A stretch of 60,000 nucleotides of DNA from Malacoraja senta (taxonomy: Eukaryota), in assembly GCA_038087875.1 (NCBI GenBank), contig CM075998.1:2792001-2852000 (forward strand), in the 5' to 3' direction. The translations under genes and the position numbers were made by a program. Shown one piece after another: positions 25,001-37,216 of this stretch (within the stretch, counting starts at the first letter, position 1; each line of letters begins with the position of its first letter). The notes below the pieces were generated by a model. It was not told the DNA's origin. It was given only the letters and a program-made list of their open reading frames with translations, and did no database searches.

Positions 25001-26076
25001 TAACCGTTAATCTGCAAACAGCCAGTTATTTAGAAGAAAGGTAAATCGGCAAGGTATACTGCCACACACATTGCACGCAAGTGAATTAAAAACCGTGTAG
25101 TGTAAGGTCCCTACAATTCGCACTCTGGATTTGAACTCTGATAAATGCAAAATTTAAAGTATGTAACACGTTACAACTTTGATATCTTTCGACAAGTAAC
25201 ACTTCACACAGAGTGGTGGGTGTATGGAATGAGCTGCCAGAGGAGGTAGTTGAGGCAGATTCTATAGCGATATTTCAAAATCATTTGGGCAGCTACATGG
25301 ATAGGTAAAGTTTGGAGGGATATGGGCCAAACATAGGCAGGTGACACTAGTGTAGATGGGGCAGCTTGATCAGCATGGGCTCCTAGTGCCAAAGGGCCTG
25401 TTTCTGTGCTGTGTGACTCATAACTTCCAACTTAGACTTTAGCATTCAAGGACTTGAGTCAGCTAAACAATCTCCCTTCGGACTTGGGCTTGATGATAGA
25501 AATTTAAAAAAATTCTGACACCCAAATCCATGAACGTCAAAATTATATTGTAAAAATAAACCACAAAAATAAGTCAAGCGCAGAACTAAATTGCCTGTAA
25601 TCACCTTTCCCCATTGTTAAAAATATACAATTTGCTGTTTAAATACTGAGAATCAGTTAAATATATTTATCCTTTTTTAAATTGATGATGGGTTGTTGTT
25701 TGAAGATTTTGAAAAGTTAAAATCAATCTCACTCCACCTTCCAAACTAGGACCATTTACGGACGAGACCATCCAAAACTCACCAAATGTCAAGTGACATA
25801 GTTACACAAGTTCAAAGAGAGTTCCATGTTATTTAATAACATTCAAACAATTCTGCTTCATCTTAAATTTGTAACTTGGTCTCGAAGGCTACAGAAATGG
25901 GCAGATTCTATTCACGTCATTTGTATCAACCAAGTTTCAACCAGGAGTGCAAAGACAGTGCAAGTCTACATTTAGTTATGTGGGAAATGGTACATCAAAA
26001 ATATATATTTTGAAAAAATGGAGTCTAATAATTTGGGTGGTGGATTTACTCAAAATCATAATCAAAGAGGACACGA

Positions 26077-26082
26077 TTTATT
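26077..26082 (-). promoter_or_regulatory. Candidate proximal polyadenylation signal AATAAA of PRKAG1
   Basis: AATAAA on the minus strand ~510 nt after the predicted stop, with U-rich sequence downstream. Confidence 0.4.
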
Positions 26083-26592
26083 AAACAGTATTCATATATT
26101 CTGTCATTGATAATTTGTTTGCATTGGCCAGACTCTATAGCATGCCTATGAATAATAAAAGAATCATGTCACTGTCAACTGGGGTTACAGTAAATGCATT
26201 ATTATAGTCTATACAGCACATATAAATCAAACACAAAACCAAGTATAAAACAAAGTAACATTTAGATAACTAAATAATCAGGCAGCTAAAACACTCCTAG
26301 AAGCTCCCTACCTTTGCAGAATGGGATAATTAAATGAACTAAAGACTTGGTTCCTTTGACCTGACCCGCAGTATCATTTTGGTGGATAAAGTGAATGGCT
26401 TTACGCAGGGAGGTGTAGCAAAGTAAAATCAGAATGGGAATTGTGAGCAGTTGCAAGCATCTTCCTCTATATAATGTGTCAGCACACCGCTGGTGAAAAA
26501 CCGTGGGTACACGCCCATGGATACAAGATTTCCGGGCTGGTGAGGTCTCTACGTGGGGAAAATGTCACTGGTGCACTTTGTCCATACATCTC

Positions 26593-26621
26593 TTACTGTT
26601 CAGATTCAGATGATAGATCAC
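26593..26621 (-). CDS. PRKAG1: Probable terminal coding exon of PRKAG1 (G-DLSSESEQ*)
   Basis: Acceptor ttgttattttatcctcag. Phase 1 fits the exon 12 GC donor. TAA at 26593-26595, followed by AT-rich UTR-like sequence. Confidence 0.7.
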
Positions 26622-26980
26622 CTGAGGATAAAATAACAATTGTTACTTTGCGCAATAACAATGGGCACACAAATTCTTTTTTTTTTCCTTTAAAAAAAAA
26701 TTAGAAGTCATATACAGTAGTGTACACAATTCAGATGTAATTATAATACATTTCATATACAACTTCTTGTTTTTAAATTTAATAATAATAAAAAAGTAAT
26801 AGAAGCAAAAAGAGAGAAAAAAAGGTTAGTGGTGAAAGTGATAGTTTGTGAAAAATACAATAAAAAGAGAGAGAAGAAGAGAGGAAAAATCCCCAGAAAA
26901 GATAAACAAAAATAAAAATAAAAATAAAATAAAAGGGATATACCTACTTCGTATCTTTGCGCACCCTAATTCAAAGCATA

Positions 26981-27288
26981 TTTAGTTTAGTGATACAGCG
27001 CGGAAACAGGCCCGACGGCCCACCGAGTCTGCACCGACCAACGATCACCCTGCACACTAGCACTATCCTACAGACTAGGGACATCTTACAATCTTTACTG
27101 AAGCCAATTAACCTACAAACCTGAATGTCTTTGGAGTGTGGGATGAAACCGGAACACCTGGAGAAAACCCACGCAGGTCACGGGGAGAACTTACAAACTC
27201 CCTACAGGCAGCACCCGTGGTCAGGATTGAACCCGGGTCTCCGGCGCTGTAATGCAGCAACTCCATCGCTGCGCCACCGTGCCGGCCC
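26981..27288 (-). mobile_element. HE1-like SINE in the last PRKAG1 intron
   Basis: tRNA-like head at 27288, tail at 26981. Confidence 0.82.
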
Positions 27289-27644
27289 GGGTGATCTTAT
27301 TCTGGAATCACTGAGCCTTAATAATGAAAATTATGAAATATAAGGCAGAAGGGAAAAAAGAGACACATTTGAAGCCCAAGGCAAACAATGCCTAGCTTTC
27401 AAAAGTCATTCCAAGCAATCAGTAGCTGGATAAAACTGCTGGCCACACTCCTTTGCAAGGGCGAGTTCTCTCACTATGATCGCAGTTTATGGGCTAACTT
27501 TTAAGTGGTTTTCTAGTTCCCAAATGAAATCACGTTCTAACCAATTTGGCTCGCTGAATGCAAACAGTGTTCACTGATTCACCACTCGCATTTTATCCAA
27601 TGTGTACTGGTTGGGGCTGATACTGCACCATGCAAATAGGTTTA

Positions 27645-28165
27645 TAGACAATAGGTGCAGGAGTAGGCCATTCAGCCATTCGAGCCAGTTGATCATCCTG
27701 ATCAGTCATGGCTGATCATCCCCAATCAGTACCCCGTTCCTGCCTTCTCCCCATATCCCCTGACTCCGCTATCTTTAAGAGCCCTATCTTGCTCTCTCTT
27801 GAAAGCATCCAGAGAACCTGCCTCCACCGCCCTCTGAGGCAGAGAATTGCACAGATTCACAGCTCTCTGTGAGAAAAAGTGTTTCCTCGTTTCTGTTCTA
27901 AATGGCTTACCCCCTATTCTTAAACTGTTGCACCTGGTTCTGGACTCCCCCAACATCGGGAACATGTTTCCTGCCTCTAGCGTGTCCAAACCCTTAACAA
28001 TCTTATATGTTTCAATAAGATTCCCTCTCATCCTTCTAAACTCCAGAGTGTACAAGCCCAGCCGCTCCATTCTCTCAGCATATGACAGTCCCGCCATCCC
28101 GGGAATTCACCTTGTAAACCTACGCTGCACTCCCTCAATAGCAAGAATGTCCTTCCTCAAATTAG
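27645..28165 (-). mobile_element. CR1/HER1-type LINE 3' end
   Basis: ORF 27726..28097 (YAERMERLGLYTLEFRRMRGNLIETYK). Confidence 0.88.
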
Positions 28166-28219
28166 GTCACAGGTGGAAATAGAAGTTAAGAGGTAGAAAG
28201 GTGGACTTTGTGTACTTGC

Positions 28220-28313
28220 CTCCCCCGGTTAACACCAGTGCCTGTAGAATATCAGAGAGCGAGACAATCCCCTTCACTACATCATTGTCGTCAACCACAA
28301 CTAACCGATGAAC
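28220..28313 (-). CDS. PRKAG1: AMPK gamma-1 exon 12 ([32 protein letters not shown])
   Basis: CBS4 with VHRL and SLSD. Acceptor ctag. 3' boundary placed at the GC donor GAG|GCAAGT (94 nt). If unspliced, the frame continues [17 protein letters not shown]. Confidence 0.93.
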
Positions 28314-28824
28314 CTAGAGAGAGGAAAACACTTGGTCAATGACACATTGTTGTCGAAAATCAATGAAATGGACATGGTAATAGTCGATGTTGTGAAAGAT
28401 TAAAGGTTTACTGGTCCTTGGCAGCAATTATTCTTTTTTAAATCCCAGTTTTAAGACATCACAATCTGTTCCATGTTCTATAAAGACTAGAGGGCATAGC
28501 TTTAAGATGAGTGGGGCAAAGTTTAAAGGGGATGTGCGGGGCAAGTTTTTTTTTTTAAGTGGTGGGTGCCTGGAACGCACTGCCAGGGATGGTGGTGGAG
28601 CCAAGATATAGTAGTGGCATTTATGAGGCTTTTATACAGGCACATGGATATGCCGGGAATGGAGGGATATGGATCATGTGCAGGCAGAGGAGATTAGTTT
28701 AACTTGGCATCCTGTCCCCATGAACATTGTGAGCCAAAGAGCCTGTTCTGTGCTGTACTCTTCCTGCTCTAGACACTAACTTTCTTGCCTGGCCCTTCAA
28801 CAAGAAAGTCATTCATTCCAGTGC

Positions 28825-29175
28825 TTGGATAGAGTGGATGTGGAGAGGATGTTTCCACTAGTGGGAGAGTCTGGGACTGGAGGTCATAGCCTCAGAATTA
28901 AAGGATGTTCCTTTAGGAAGGAGACAAGGAGGAATTTCTTTAGTCAGAGGGTGGTGAATCTGTGGAATTCTTTGCCACAGAAGGCTGTGGAGGCCAAGTC
29001 AATGGATATTTTAAAGGCAGAGATAGATAGATTCTTGATTAGTACGGGTGTCAGGGGTTATGGGGAGAAGGCAGGAGAATGGGGTTAGGAGGGAGAGATA
29101 GATCAGCCATGATTGAATAACGGAGTAGACTTTATGGGCCGAATGGCCTAATTCTGCTCATATCACTTATGAACT
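28825..29175 (+). mobile_element. CR1-type LINE 3' end
   Basis: ORF 28825..29088 (GHSLRIKG...FFSQRVVNLWNSLP). Confidence 0.85.
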
Positions 29176-30186
29176 TATGTTCGTGAATAAGAACACTCAC
29201 TAGGTGTTCCCCTCCTGAGTGCCGGAAGTGCTCGAACGGATATTATTCTTTGAAGGAGAAAAGCAACAGGATTCAAACTGGGAGGGACAAAGATGACACT
29301 TTGAAAAACCGTGCAGTCATTTTGTAAGTTCAGCTGATATGCATCAGAAAGGAAGTGCTTCCTGGCTTCTTGCATTCCATTTTGACACGTACTTTTTATA
29401 AAAAGCAACTTCACAACATTTAGAAATAAAACATTAATTAGTTATTCTGAAACCTTGCAATTTCAAGTTTTGCAAATGACTATCTACAATGCAGCAAGCT
29501 TTAACTGAAGTTCATAGAGTGAACTGTGAGATGTCACGCCCCGCAGGATTTGCTGGAATGTGTATGCTCCATTCATGTTGCCAACAATATCAACAATGTT
29601 TGTTGATTTATTAGACCCTGAGAAACTAAATGAATTTAACTCTAAATGTTACAGAATGGAAAGTAGAATAAATGGAAACAGAAATAATCCAAAAGGAAAA
29701 GACGTTAAGGAGGCAGGCTAGGACTTTAATCCTTGGCGCACAGGAGGATGAGGGGTAATCTTACAGAGTTCATGTGATAGGATCAGAATAAGGATATTCG
29801 GCCCATCGTCTACTCAATCGTGGCTGATCTATCTATCCCTCTCAACCCCATTCTCCTGCCTTTGCCTAATAACCCCTGACACCCATACTAATCAAGAATC
29901 TGTCAATCTCCGCCGTAAAAACTAGAGGTGTAATAGAAGTGTACAAGATCATGACAGGCATAGATAGGGTGCATACACAGAGTCTTTTATCCAGACTCTT
30001 GTAGGGGAATCAAGAACCAGAGGTCATAGGTTTAAAGTGAGAGGGGAAAAATGTAATAGGAACCCGAGGGGCAACATTTTCCACACAGAGGGTGGTTGGT
30101 ATGTGGAACGAGCTGCCATAGTTGAGGCAGGTATGATAACTCGCGACATGAAACAATAAATAGTTTATTAATTGGTCGTTCTATAC

Positions 30187-30333
30187 CTCTGCGTCCACAA
30201 GCCGGTTGATAATCGTCTCAAGAGTTTCATGTTTGTAGCACTTCAGCACTCCCTCGAAGTACTGGGAACGATGCAGCAATGCTTTGGTCACCGTGATGTC
30301 CAGATTGTTGTAGGTCTTTTCCGCTGCCAGGTT
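30187..30333 (-). CDS. PRKAG1: AMPK gamma-1 exon 11 ([49 protein letters not shown])
   Basis: Conserved translation. Acceptor tttag, donor gtatag, 147 nt. Confidence 0.97.
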
Positions 30334-30413
30334 CTAAAGCAGAAGCGTTTGGTTAGAGAATTGGCAGGAAGCGACAACAGGAGCGAGTATACATCTTGCT
30401 GTAAAGTACTTAC

Positions 30414-30451
30414 AATGACATCAAACTTGGAGTAGATATCCCCCACTCGTC
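30414..30451 (-). CDS. PRKAG1: AMPK gamma-1 exon 10 (GRVGDIYSKFDVI)
   Basis: DIYSKFDVI motif. Acceptor ctgcag, donor gtaagt, 38 nt. Followed by an 80-nt intron. Confidence 0.97.
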
Positions 30452-30548
30452 CTGCAGAGAAACAATTCAGGAGCAATTAACATAAAGTAAGTACTTCAGG
30501 TTGAATAAACATTGGAACTGATAATTCAACTGTTTGGTGGGTTTAAGC

Positions 30549-30862
30549 TTAGTTTAGAGATACAGCATGGAAACAGACCCTCCAGCCCATCAAATCCATG
30601 CCGAGCCGTTCACACTAGTTCTATGTTATTCCACTTCTCATCTACTCCCTACACAATAGGGGTCAATTACAGAGGGCCAATTAACCTACAAAAACATGTG
30701 CGTCTTTGGGATGTGGGAGGCAACCGGAGCACCGCGAGGAAACCCACGCGATCACAGGGAGAACGTGCAAACTCCACACATCGACAGCACCCGATGTCAG
30801 GATCGAACCTGGGTCTCTGGTGCCGTGAGGCAGCGGCTCTATCAGCTGCGCCACCGTGCCAC
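30549..30862 (-). mobile_element. HE1-like SINE
   Basis: Similarity to the other copies. Confidence 0.8.
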
Positions 30863-31858
30863 TCCCATCAAGTTGAAGCATTTGAATAATGAATCCATCT
30901 GTACTTTCCTACTCACAGGTACAACTGTAAACTATTTCATCTCTGGTATAAGCTGCCTTTGTTCATTCAAGTGCCGCTTTCTCATTTGGACCAAGAAACA
31001 TTGGTCCACAGGCTGGATTCAATAAAGTAGTACAGAACAAGGCATCTGGGAGAATTGCAGTAAGTACAAACTTCCCGTGACCGCGAGGGTTTTCTTTGGG
31101 TGCTCCCATCTCCTCCCACACCAAAGAAGTACAGATTTGTAGATTAATTGGCTTGGTATAATTGTAAATTGCCCCTAGTGTGTAGGATAGTGTTAGTGTA
31201 TGGGGTGATCACTGGTCGGCACGGACTCAGTGGGCCAAAGGGCCTGTTTCTGCTCGGTATCTCTAAAGTAGACAATAGTAGACTTTAGAGATACTGAGCA
31301 GAAACAGGCCCATTGCCTATTAACAGGGTTCCCTACCTTCATTTCCAGTTAGTTCAAAATGTCAAATACCCTGGAATATTTAGTTCCCAATTTTGGACAC
31401 TCTGTAGCCATTTTTGCAATGGCAGTAAGATCATACCCATTAACAGCTGCTTACACCATTAACTCATCCACTTGTGACACTGAGATAAGAATCTTTAAAT
31501 TTTGCCTTTTAACATTTTTCAGTACCCTATTTGCCACTCGTCTTTGTTTCCGCTGCCTATTTATTACCTTTACTAATCGTCAAACTCCCACTTTGGTTCC
31601 CTCCCTCCCAACTTTCCATCTTTGACTAACCTCCTACATCGGCATCAACGTCACCACCCCCAGGATAAGTACAGTACTTGACGAAAGTGCGTTAAAAAGC
31701 ACACTGAAACGGATAGCAGAAATGTTCAGACAATTGCAGAAGTTTAGGCGTTCGCCAGCTAAGTGCGATGACGTGTTCTGTACCACTTGCAATTACAGGA
31801 TGGGACTTTGACGGTGTGTTGAAACATTATGAACCTTCATGGCAGAACTTTCATTTAC

Positions 31859-32024
31859 CAGATTCATCCACCACGGGCAATGCAGACACCCGTTTTTCCA
31901 CAAAGATTCCCAACGCCACATAAATAGGAGTGTTTTTGTTCACCACTGCAATGTTGTGGTACGTTCCAATATTCAATTCTTCCAATGGTTTGGACATAAA
32001 ATCAGGTTTGGGCATCTCTGAAAT
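31859..32024 (-). CDS. PRKAG1: AMPK gamma-1 exon 9 ([56 protein letters not shown])
   Basis: CBS3. Poly-T tract plus acacag acceptor, donor gtaaat, 166 nt. Confidence 0.97.
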
Positions 32025-32941
32025 CTGTGTAAAAGGAAAAAAAAAAAATCTTCAGAAATAGCAGCAGATATAAAATCAAATTCAGATACTTCTGCTATGA
32101 CACAATAGTTACATTCTTAAGAAACCTTGCATTTTACAAACAGTTCCAATGCGAAAAGGGTCTTGAGAGTCGCAGACTCTTAATAACCAGGTCATTTTTC
32201 CTGCAGGATTTTCAAAAACTAATGGTCTTTTAAATAGCTAAAACATTAATTTTTGTTACGGCAAGCTGAACACACTAAAGGATGCACATTACATCATTTA
32301 ATAGAGTATCCTTGCACAAGTGTCAGCAGAAGCAATTGCTTGTCAATTTCAGTGGCCTACAGCGGTGAAACTAGCAGCCTATATTCTTAAGAGATGATGG
32401 TGCCTAAGGAAACAGTTCACATTTCAAAGACACCAAGGCTGAATGGATCGGGTTTTGAATCCCAATGTCGATGCTATTCACCCCTCGAAAGCTGGATCGC
32501 CTCAACGCAGAGGGAGACGAGGAGGGAAGGACTTTAAGACTTTTGCCTTCCATCACAGTGAGGAGGTGCCTGGTAGACTCACTGTGGTGGATGTTAAACT
32601 GTGTTAAGTGTGTGTTTTGTTATTTTATTCTATGTTATGACTGCATGGTATACAATTTTGTTCAGACTGAAATGTCTGAATGACAATAAAGGATACTTTA
32701 CTTCAAGCTCCAGAGAGTAGTCAGTGTAGTCACTGTGAGTTTATAGGATTCGAATGAACCTTTATCTTTGACCTGAAACATTAACCCTGTTTCCATTCCC
32801 ACAGATGCAGCCTGAAATGCTGAGTATTTTCAGTGTTTTCTGCTTTTATTTTAATTTTATCTTTTAAAGATCTGCAGGGTTTTTTTTTGATTCTCACTAA
32901 CTTTTTAATCTTTCCTCATTTTGTAGTCCAGGAATACTTAC

Positions 32942-33068
32942 GAAGAGCTTGAGAAACTTGAGAATGCGCTTGTGGGTGAGGATGTAGAGCGTATTCCCTG
33001 TTAATGGATCAATGACCGGAAGACGATGAATTTTGTTCTTGATCAGCGATGAAACTGCATCGTATAAG
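32942..33068 (-). CDS. PRKAG1: AMPK gamma-1 exon 8 ([43 protein letters not shown])
   Basis: CBS2, visible in ORF 32897..33127. Acceptor cacag, donor gtaagt, 127 nt. Confidence 0.98.
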
Positions 33069-34020
33069 CTGTGGCGATGGACAGAGGTTGTGAGACCCAA
33101 CTTGACAATGAATGATACAAGCATCATTTAAACTTGGAATGGTCTTTATAATGTTTAAAATACACTTGCACAAAGACTCATAAGGTATTTCAACCGATGC
33201 TTAGCAACACTCCCTCAAATATAATTTGAACCAACAAAAACAAGGGGGCTCTTAAGTAATCAGTTCTAACAAATTTCATATATTTCATATACCCAAATGC
33301 AACAAAGGGATGAGTATTAATTCTGGTCAGATTATTTTAAGGCTCAGAGGAGCCATGAGGGAACATAGCCAAGGTGAAGCAGAAACTGGGACCGAGGGCG
33401 AAGAAGAAACAAGAAACTGTAGATGCTGGTTTACAAAAATAGACACGAGGTTCTGGAATAACTCAGCAGGTCAGGCAGCATCTCTGGAGAACAAGGAAAG
33501 GTGATATTTCGGGTTGAGAACCTTCTTCAGTCTGAAGAAGAGCCCCGACCTGAAACATCACCTATCCTTGTTCTCCAGGGATGCTGCCTGACTTGCTGAG
33601 TTACTCCAGCATTTTGTGTCAATTTTCATTGGGGAGCTGCTCACTTTAGATTCCAGGAAAGAATCTGGTCATCAAGTACGAGTTACTCTCAAGAGTTGTG
33701 GATCTGGAACCCTCCCCCCCCCCCCAAACCACTCCCTCTCCCCAGCAGCAGTCAACCGCACTGCATTTCATCTGGGGACTGTGGTTCATGTCTGTGGAGA
33801 TACAAGTCTCCAGAGAAACAGGAGGGAAGAAAGTACCCAATGTGGCCCTCATCCGGAAATGGCATGCACTTTTGTAAGTCTGCCATTTACTTCTTTTGCA
33901 AGAGGGCATAGAATATTTACAATTCAGTGCAATGTGAGACGGTTTAGAACGTATAATTGGGCAGATATAGCTCTGAGAAATCAAATTACACATTCTGTAA
34001 ACGATTGGATGGTTTGTTAC

Positions 34021-34075
34021 CTGGCATTTGGAGAGATGCTCACCAATGGTTTGAAAGAGTCTTGTAGATAAACCT
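34021..34075 (-). CDS. PRKAG1: AMPK gamma-1 exon 7 (EVYLQDSFKPLVSISPNAS)
   Basis: EVYLQDSFKPLV is gamma-1 type (gamma-2 recalled as ELYLQETFKPLV). Acceptor ctcag, donor gtaaca, 55 nt. Confidence 0.97.
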
Positions 34076-35142
34076 CTGAGAGAAGAAAGGGAAAGAAAAA
34101 GAATCAATGTGGCAATATTGTTTAGTTTGGTTTAGAGATGCAGCATAGGAACAGGCCTCACTGTGCCCACGCCGACCATCGATCACCCGTTCACTCAAGT
34201 TTTATGTTATCCCATATTAATTCAAATTAACGTTTCAGGTAATTGAAAGTGAGAGAACTACAGATACCATGAAATACAACCAGATGTTGAAAATACTCTG
34301 AAGAACCCTTCACCTCAATAACTGGTCTTCAACCCCAAATCATAACTCTGTTACTTCCCAACAACCATCAGGCTCTTGAACACAACAAACACCAATTAAA
34401 CTACGAACTGTCTTGGTTGTACTAGAGAGTTTTGATTTTTTTTTTTTAAACACTAATATTGTGTTATTTTTAATTTATTGAGCTTTTTTTTCTTTATGAT
34501 GTTTTCTATGAGAACTATTTGTACAGACCGGTTATGCTGCAGCAAGTAAAAATGTCATAGCTCCATTCTTTGCCCCGGTATAATGCCTCTTTCCACAGAT
34601 ACTGCCTGACCTGCTGAGTGTTTCCAGCATTTTCTGCTTTTATTAATGTTTCAGATATTTCTGAAAGGAAGATTATCAAACTGAAATGTTCATTCCATTT
34701 TTCTCAAAAAGAATTTAATTGTACAAGTGTATTGTGTTTTTAAAATCAAAGAACTAAAATTCTTAATTATATACTACCTAATATCACAAAACATTGTTTC
34801 TGCCAGGGCAGAGAGTACAAATTACAACTTAAATCTCAACATAAGACCAGGGCTGGAAGCTGTAATCTCACTAGTCTGCAAAGTGGTTTTAGCCACAGAA
34901 CCAGTGGATGAGCAATTACTTCCATTGCTATCCCCATTTTAGCAGGAGATGCCATCTCCCCACTCCATCGTGATGAAGAGTTCTCCTAATTCCATATTAG
35001 TGTGAAAGATACATCTTCTAGATGCGCTGGGACGCATCCTCAGTAATGTGACCTGGGGTCATCGGGTGTTTCGGGCCTCACAACATCATATACCCTCGCC
35101 TAGGCAACCCAGCCGGGGTTGATCAAACAGTCTAAGCTCTCG

Positions 35143-35240
35143 AAGGTACACAAAAATGCTGGAGAAACTCAGCGGGTGCAGCAGCATCTATGGAGCGAAG
35201 GAAATAGGCAACGTTTCGGGCCGAAACCCTTCTTCAGACT
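35143..35240 (-). mobile_element. Single PLE terminal repeat with an 8-bp TSD
   Basis: AGCTCTCG at 35135-35142 and 35241-35248; minus-strand CTGAAGAAGGGTTTCGGCCCGAAACGTT. Confidence 0.8.
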
Positions 35241-35959
35241 AGCTCTCGTGCTCCTTAAAGCCTATTCATCATAAATGAATTCCACAGTTCAAGTAAATAG
35301 TAATCCTATTACCAAGTTACTTTATAGTGCAGGAGTGGGTAAAGGAAGAGAATTCCAAAAATTCTTATAATGCCTTTAAGTAAATTAAACATGTTTCATC
35401 ATAGTTGTTTAAACACAAGCTTTCTTTCAGGATCCCTTTAAAAAAAAAAATCTGATAATTAATAATAAGTACACCTTTAAGTTTTACAATATTTGCGCAT
35501 GTTAATAGCCGATTAAAAAGGTTTCCGGGTTTAATTTTTTTAAATATTCCCTTGATTAACTACAAACCTATACAAAGGATCTGCAAATTATAAAGCAAAG
35601 GAATAATTTTGGAAGGATGAGAAACAACGGCAGAGCACAACATTTATTTTGAAACTTACTGAAAGCATATTTTCTAAAGTCCATTTGGGAAAGTAACTTA
35701 CCAATATTATTTCTAGGCCTGACAACAGAATGCAACAATTAAACATCATCCATACCCCATTGTGAGCAAATCAAAGAATTTGACCTTCCCCCATGAAACA
35801 TGCTCTGGTCAGACCACATTTGGAATATTGTGAGCAGACTCAATGGTTCTAATGGCTTAATTCTGCTCCCATGTCTTAGGATCTTATGAACACATTCCAA
35901 AACACAACCCCTCCTACTCCAAATTCTCACAACCCTCACCCCTTCCGCTCGGACTTTAC

Positions 35960-36005
35960 CTCTCCATGTTTCTATTTTGTGTTCCTCCAATTCATAGATC
36001 TGAAC
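35960..36005 (-). CDS. PRKAG1: AMPK gamma-1 exon 6 (VQIYELEEHKIETWR-E)
   Basis: Exact AMPK gamma motif. Acceptor tacag, donor gtaaag, 46 nt. Confidence 0.97.
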
Positions 36006-37157
36006 CTGTACAGAAGGAAACAGAGAAGAAGTTAGCCTTCTTATCCTTCTGAGGATAAGAAGTGATCCTCAGAAATCAACTGGTTGCCTCCTTCCATCTG
36101 CCCCATTTATCTTCATACAACCTTTATTGTGGACTGAGGGAACAGACTAAGACATTTCTGAATAGTTTGCTCTTAAGTCAGATGACGAGCAGAGCAATCA
36201 GGATAAGCTCATGGCTTGACCCTATGACTAAATGGGCTTTGCTGAGAGGGAGAGGGAAGAAGGAAGAAAGGAAGGAAATTGGTCAACTTTTTCACTCCGA
36301 ATGTGCAAAGGTCCACACTTGGTAGAAAGAATTTAGACACAAAATGCTGGAGTAACTCAGTGGAACAGGCATTATCTCTGGAGAGAAGGAATGGGTGACG
36401 TTACGGGTCAAGACTTGTCTGGCACAGTAGTGGAGTTGAGGCTTGGGGCAGATCATCTATGGTTATATTGAATGGCGGGGCAGGCTTTGGGGGCTGCGTG
36501 GACTACTCCTGCTCCTATTTTCTTTTTTTAATGCTCTTATGTTTTATTTAATGATAACAGGATCAGTGTTTGTTGGCGTGCTCTCCATGAGGGAACAGAA
36601 TTGACACCGAAAGTTAAAGAACGGCCACAAGGATGAAGTATTAGCACACATGATTTACATTTCTTCGGGGCAGGAGGGAATTCAATGCAACTCAATGGAA
36701 CCAAGTTGAGTACAACCAGGGTTTTGTATTATAGAAAAACAAGGAACTGCAGATGCTAGTTTTACACAAAAGGGCACAATGTGCTGGAGTAACTCCGTGG
36801 GTCAGGCACCATCTCTGGAGAACACGGATAGGTGACGTTTCCCTGGTCGGGAACTTTCTTTGGACTGGAGTAGGGTCCTGACTGGGAAAGTCACCTATCC
36901 ATGTTCTCCAGAGATGCTGCCTGACCCACCGAATTACTCCAGCACGTTGTGTCCAGGGTTTTATATTCTTGTATGTATACAGTGTTAGCATTAAAAAAAC
37001 AATTTGCAGCTGAGATAAAGGTGCTTTATCACTCAAGCTCAGCGTCTACGTACCTAATGCAGAGACATACTTATAGTTATTAATACCAAAGTATCTAAAA
37101 TGAACTGTAACTCCTGCATGCATGCACACACACACAAAAATCAATGTGCTTACGTAC

Positions 37158-37216
37158 CAGTGGTGACTTGTAGTATTGGTGTAAGATATTAATGAAATCT
37201 GTGATTGTGAGCATGC
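37158..37216 (-). CDS. PRKAG1: AMPK gamma-1 exon 5 ([20 protein letters not shown])
   Basis: Conserved LTITDFI motif. Acceptor ttacag, donor gtacgt, 59 nt. Confidence 0.97.
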
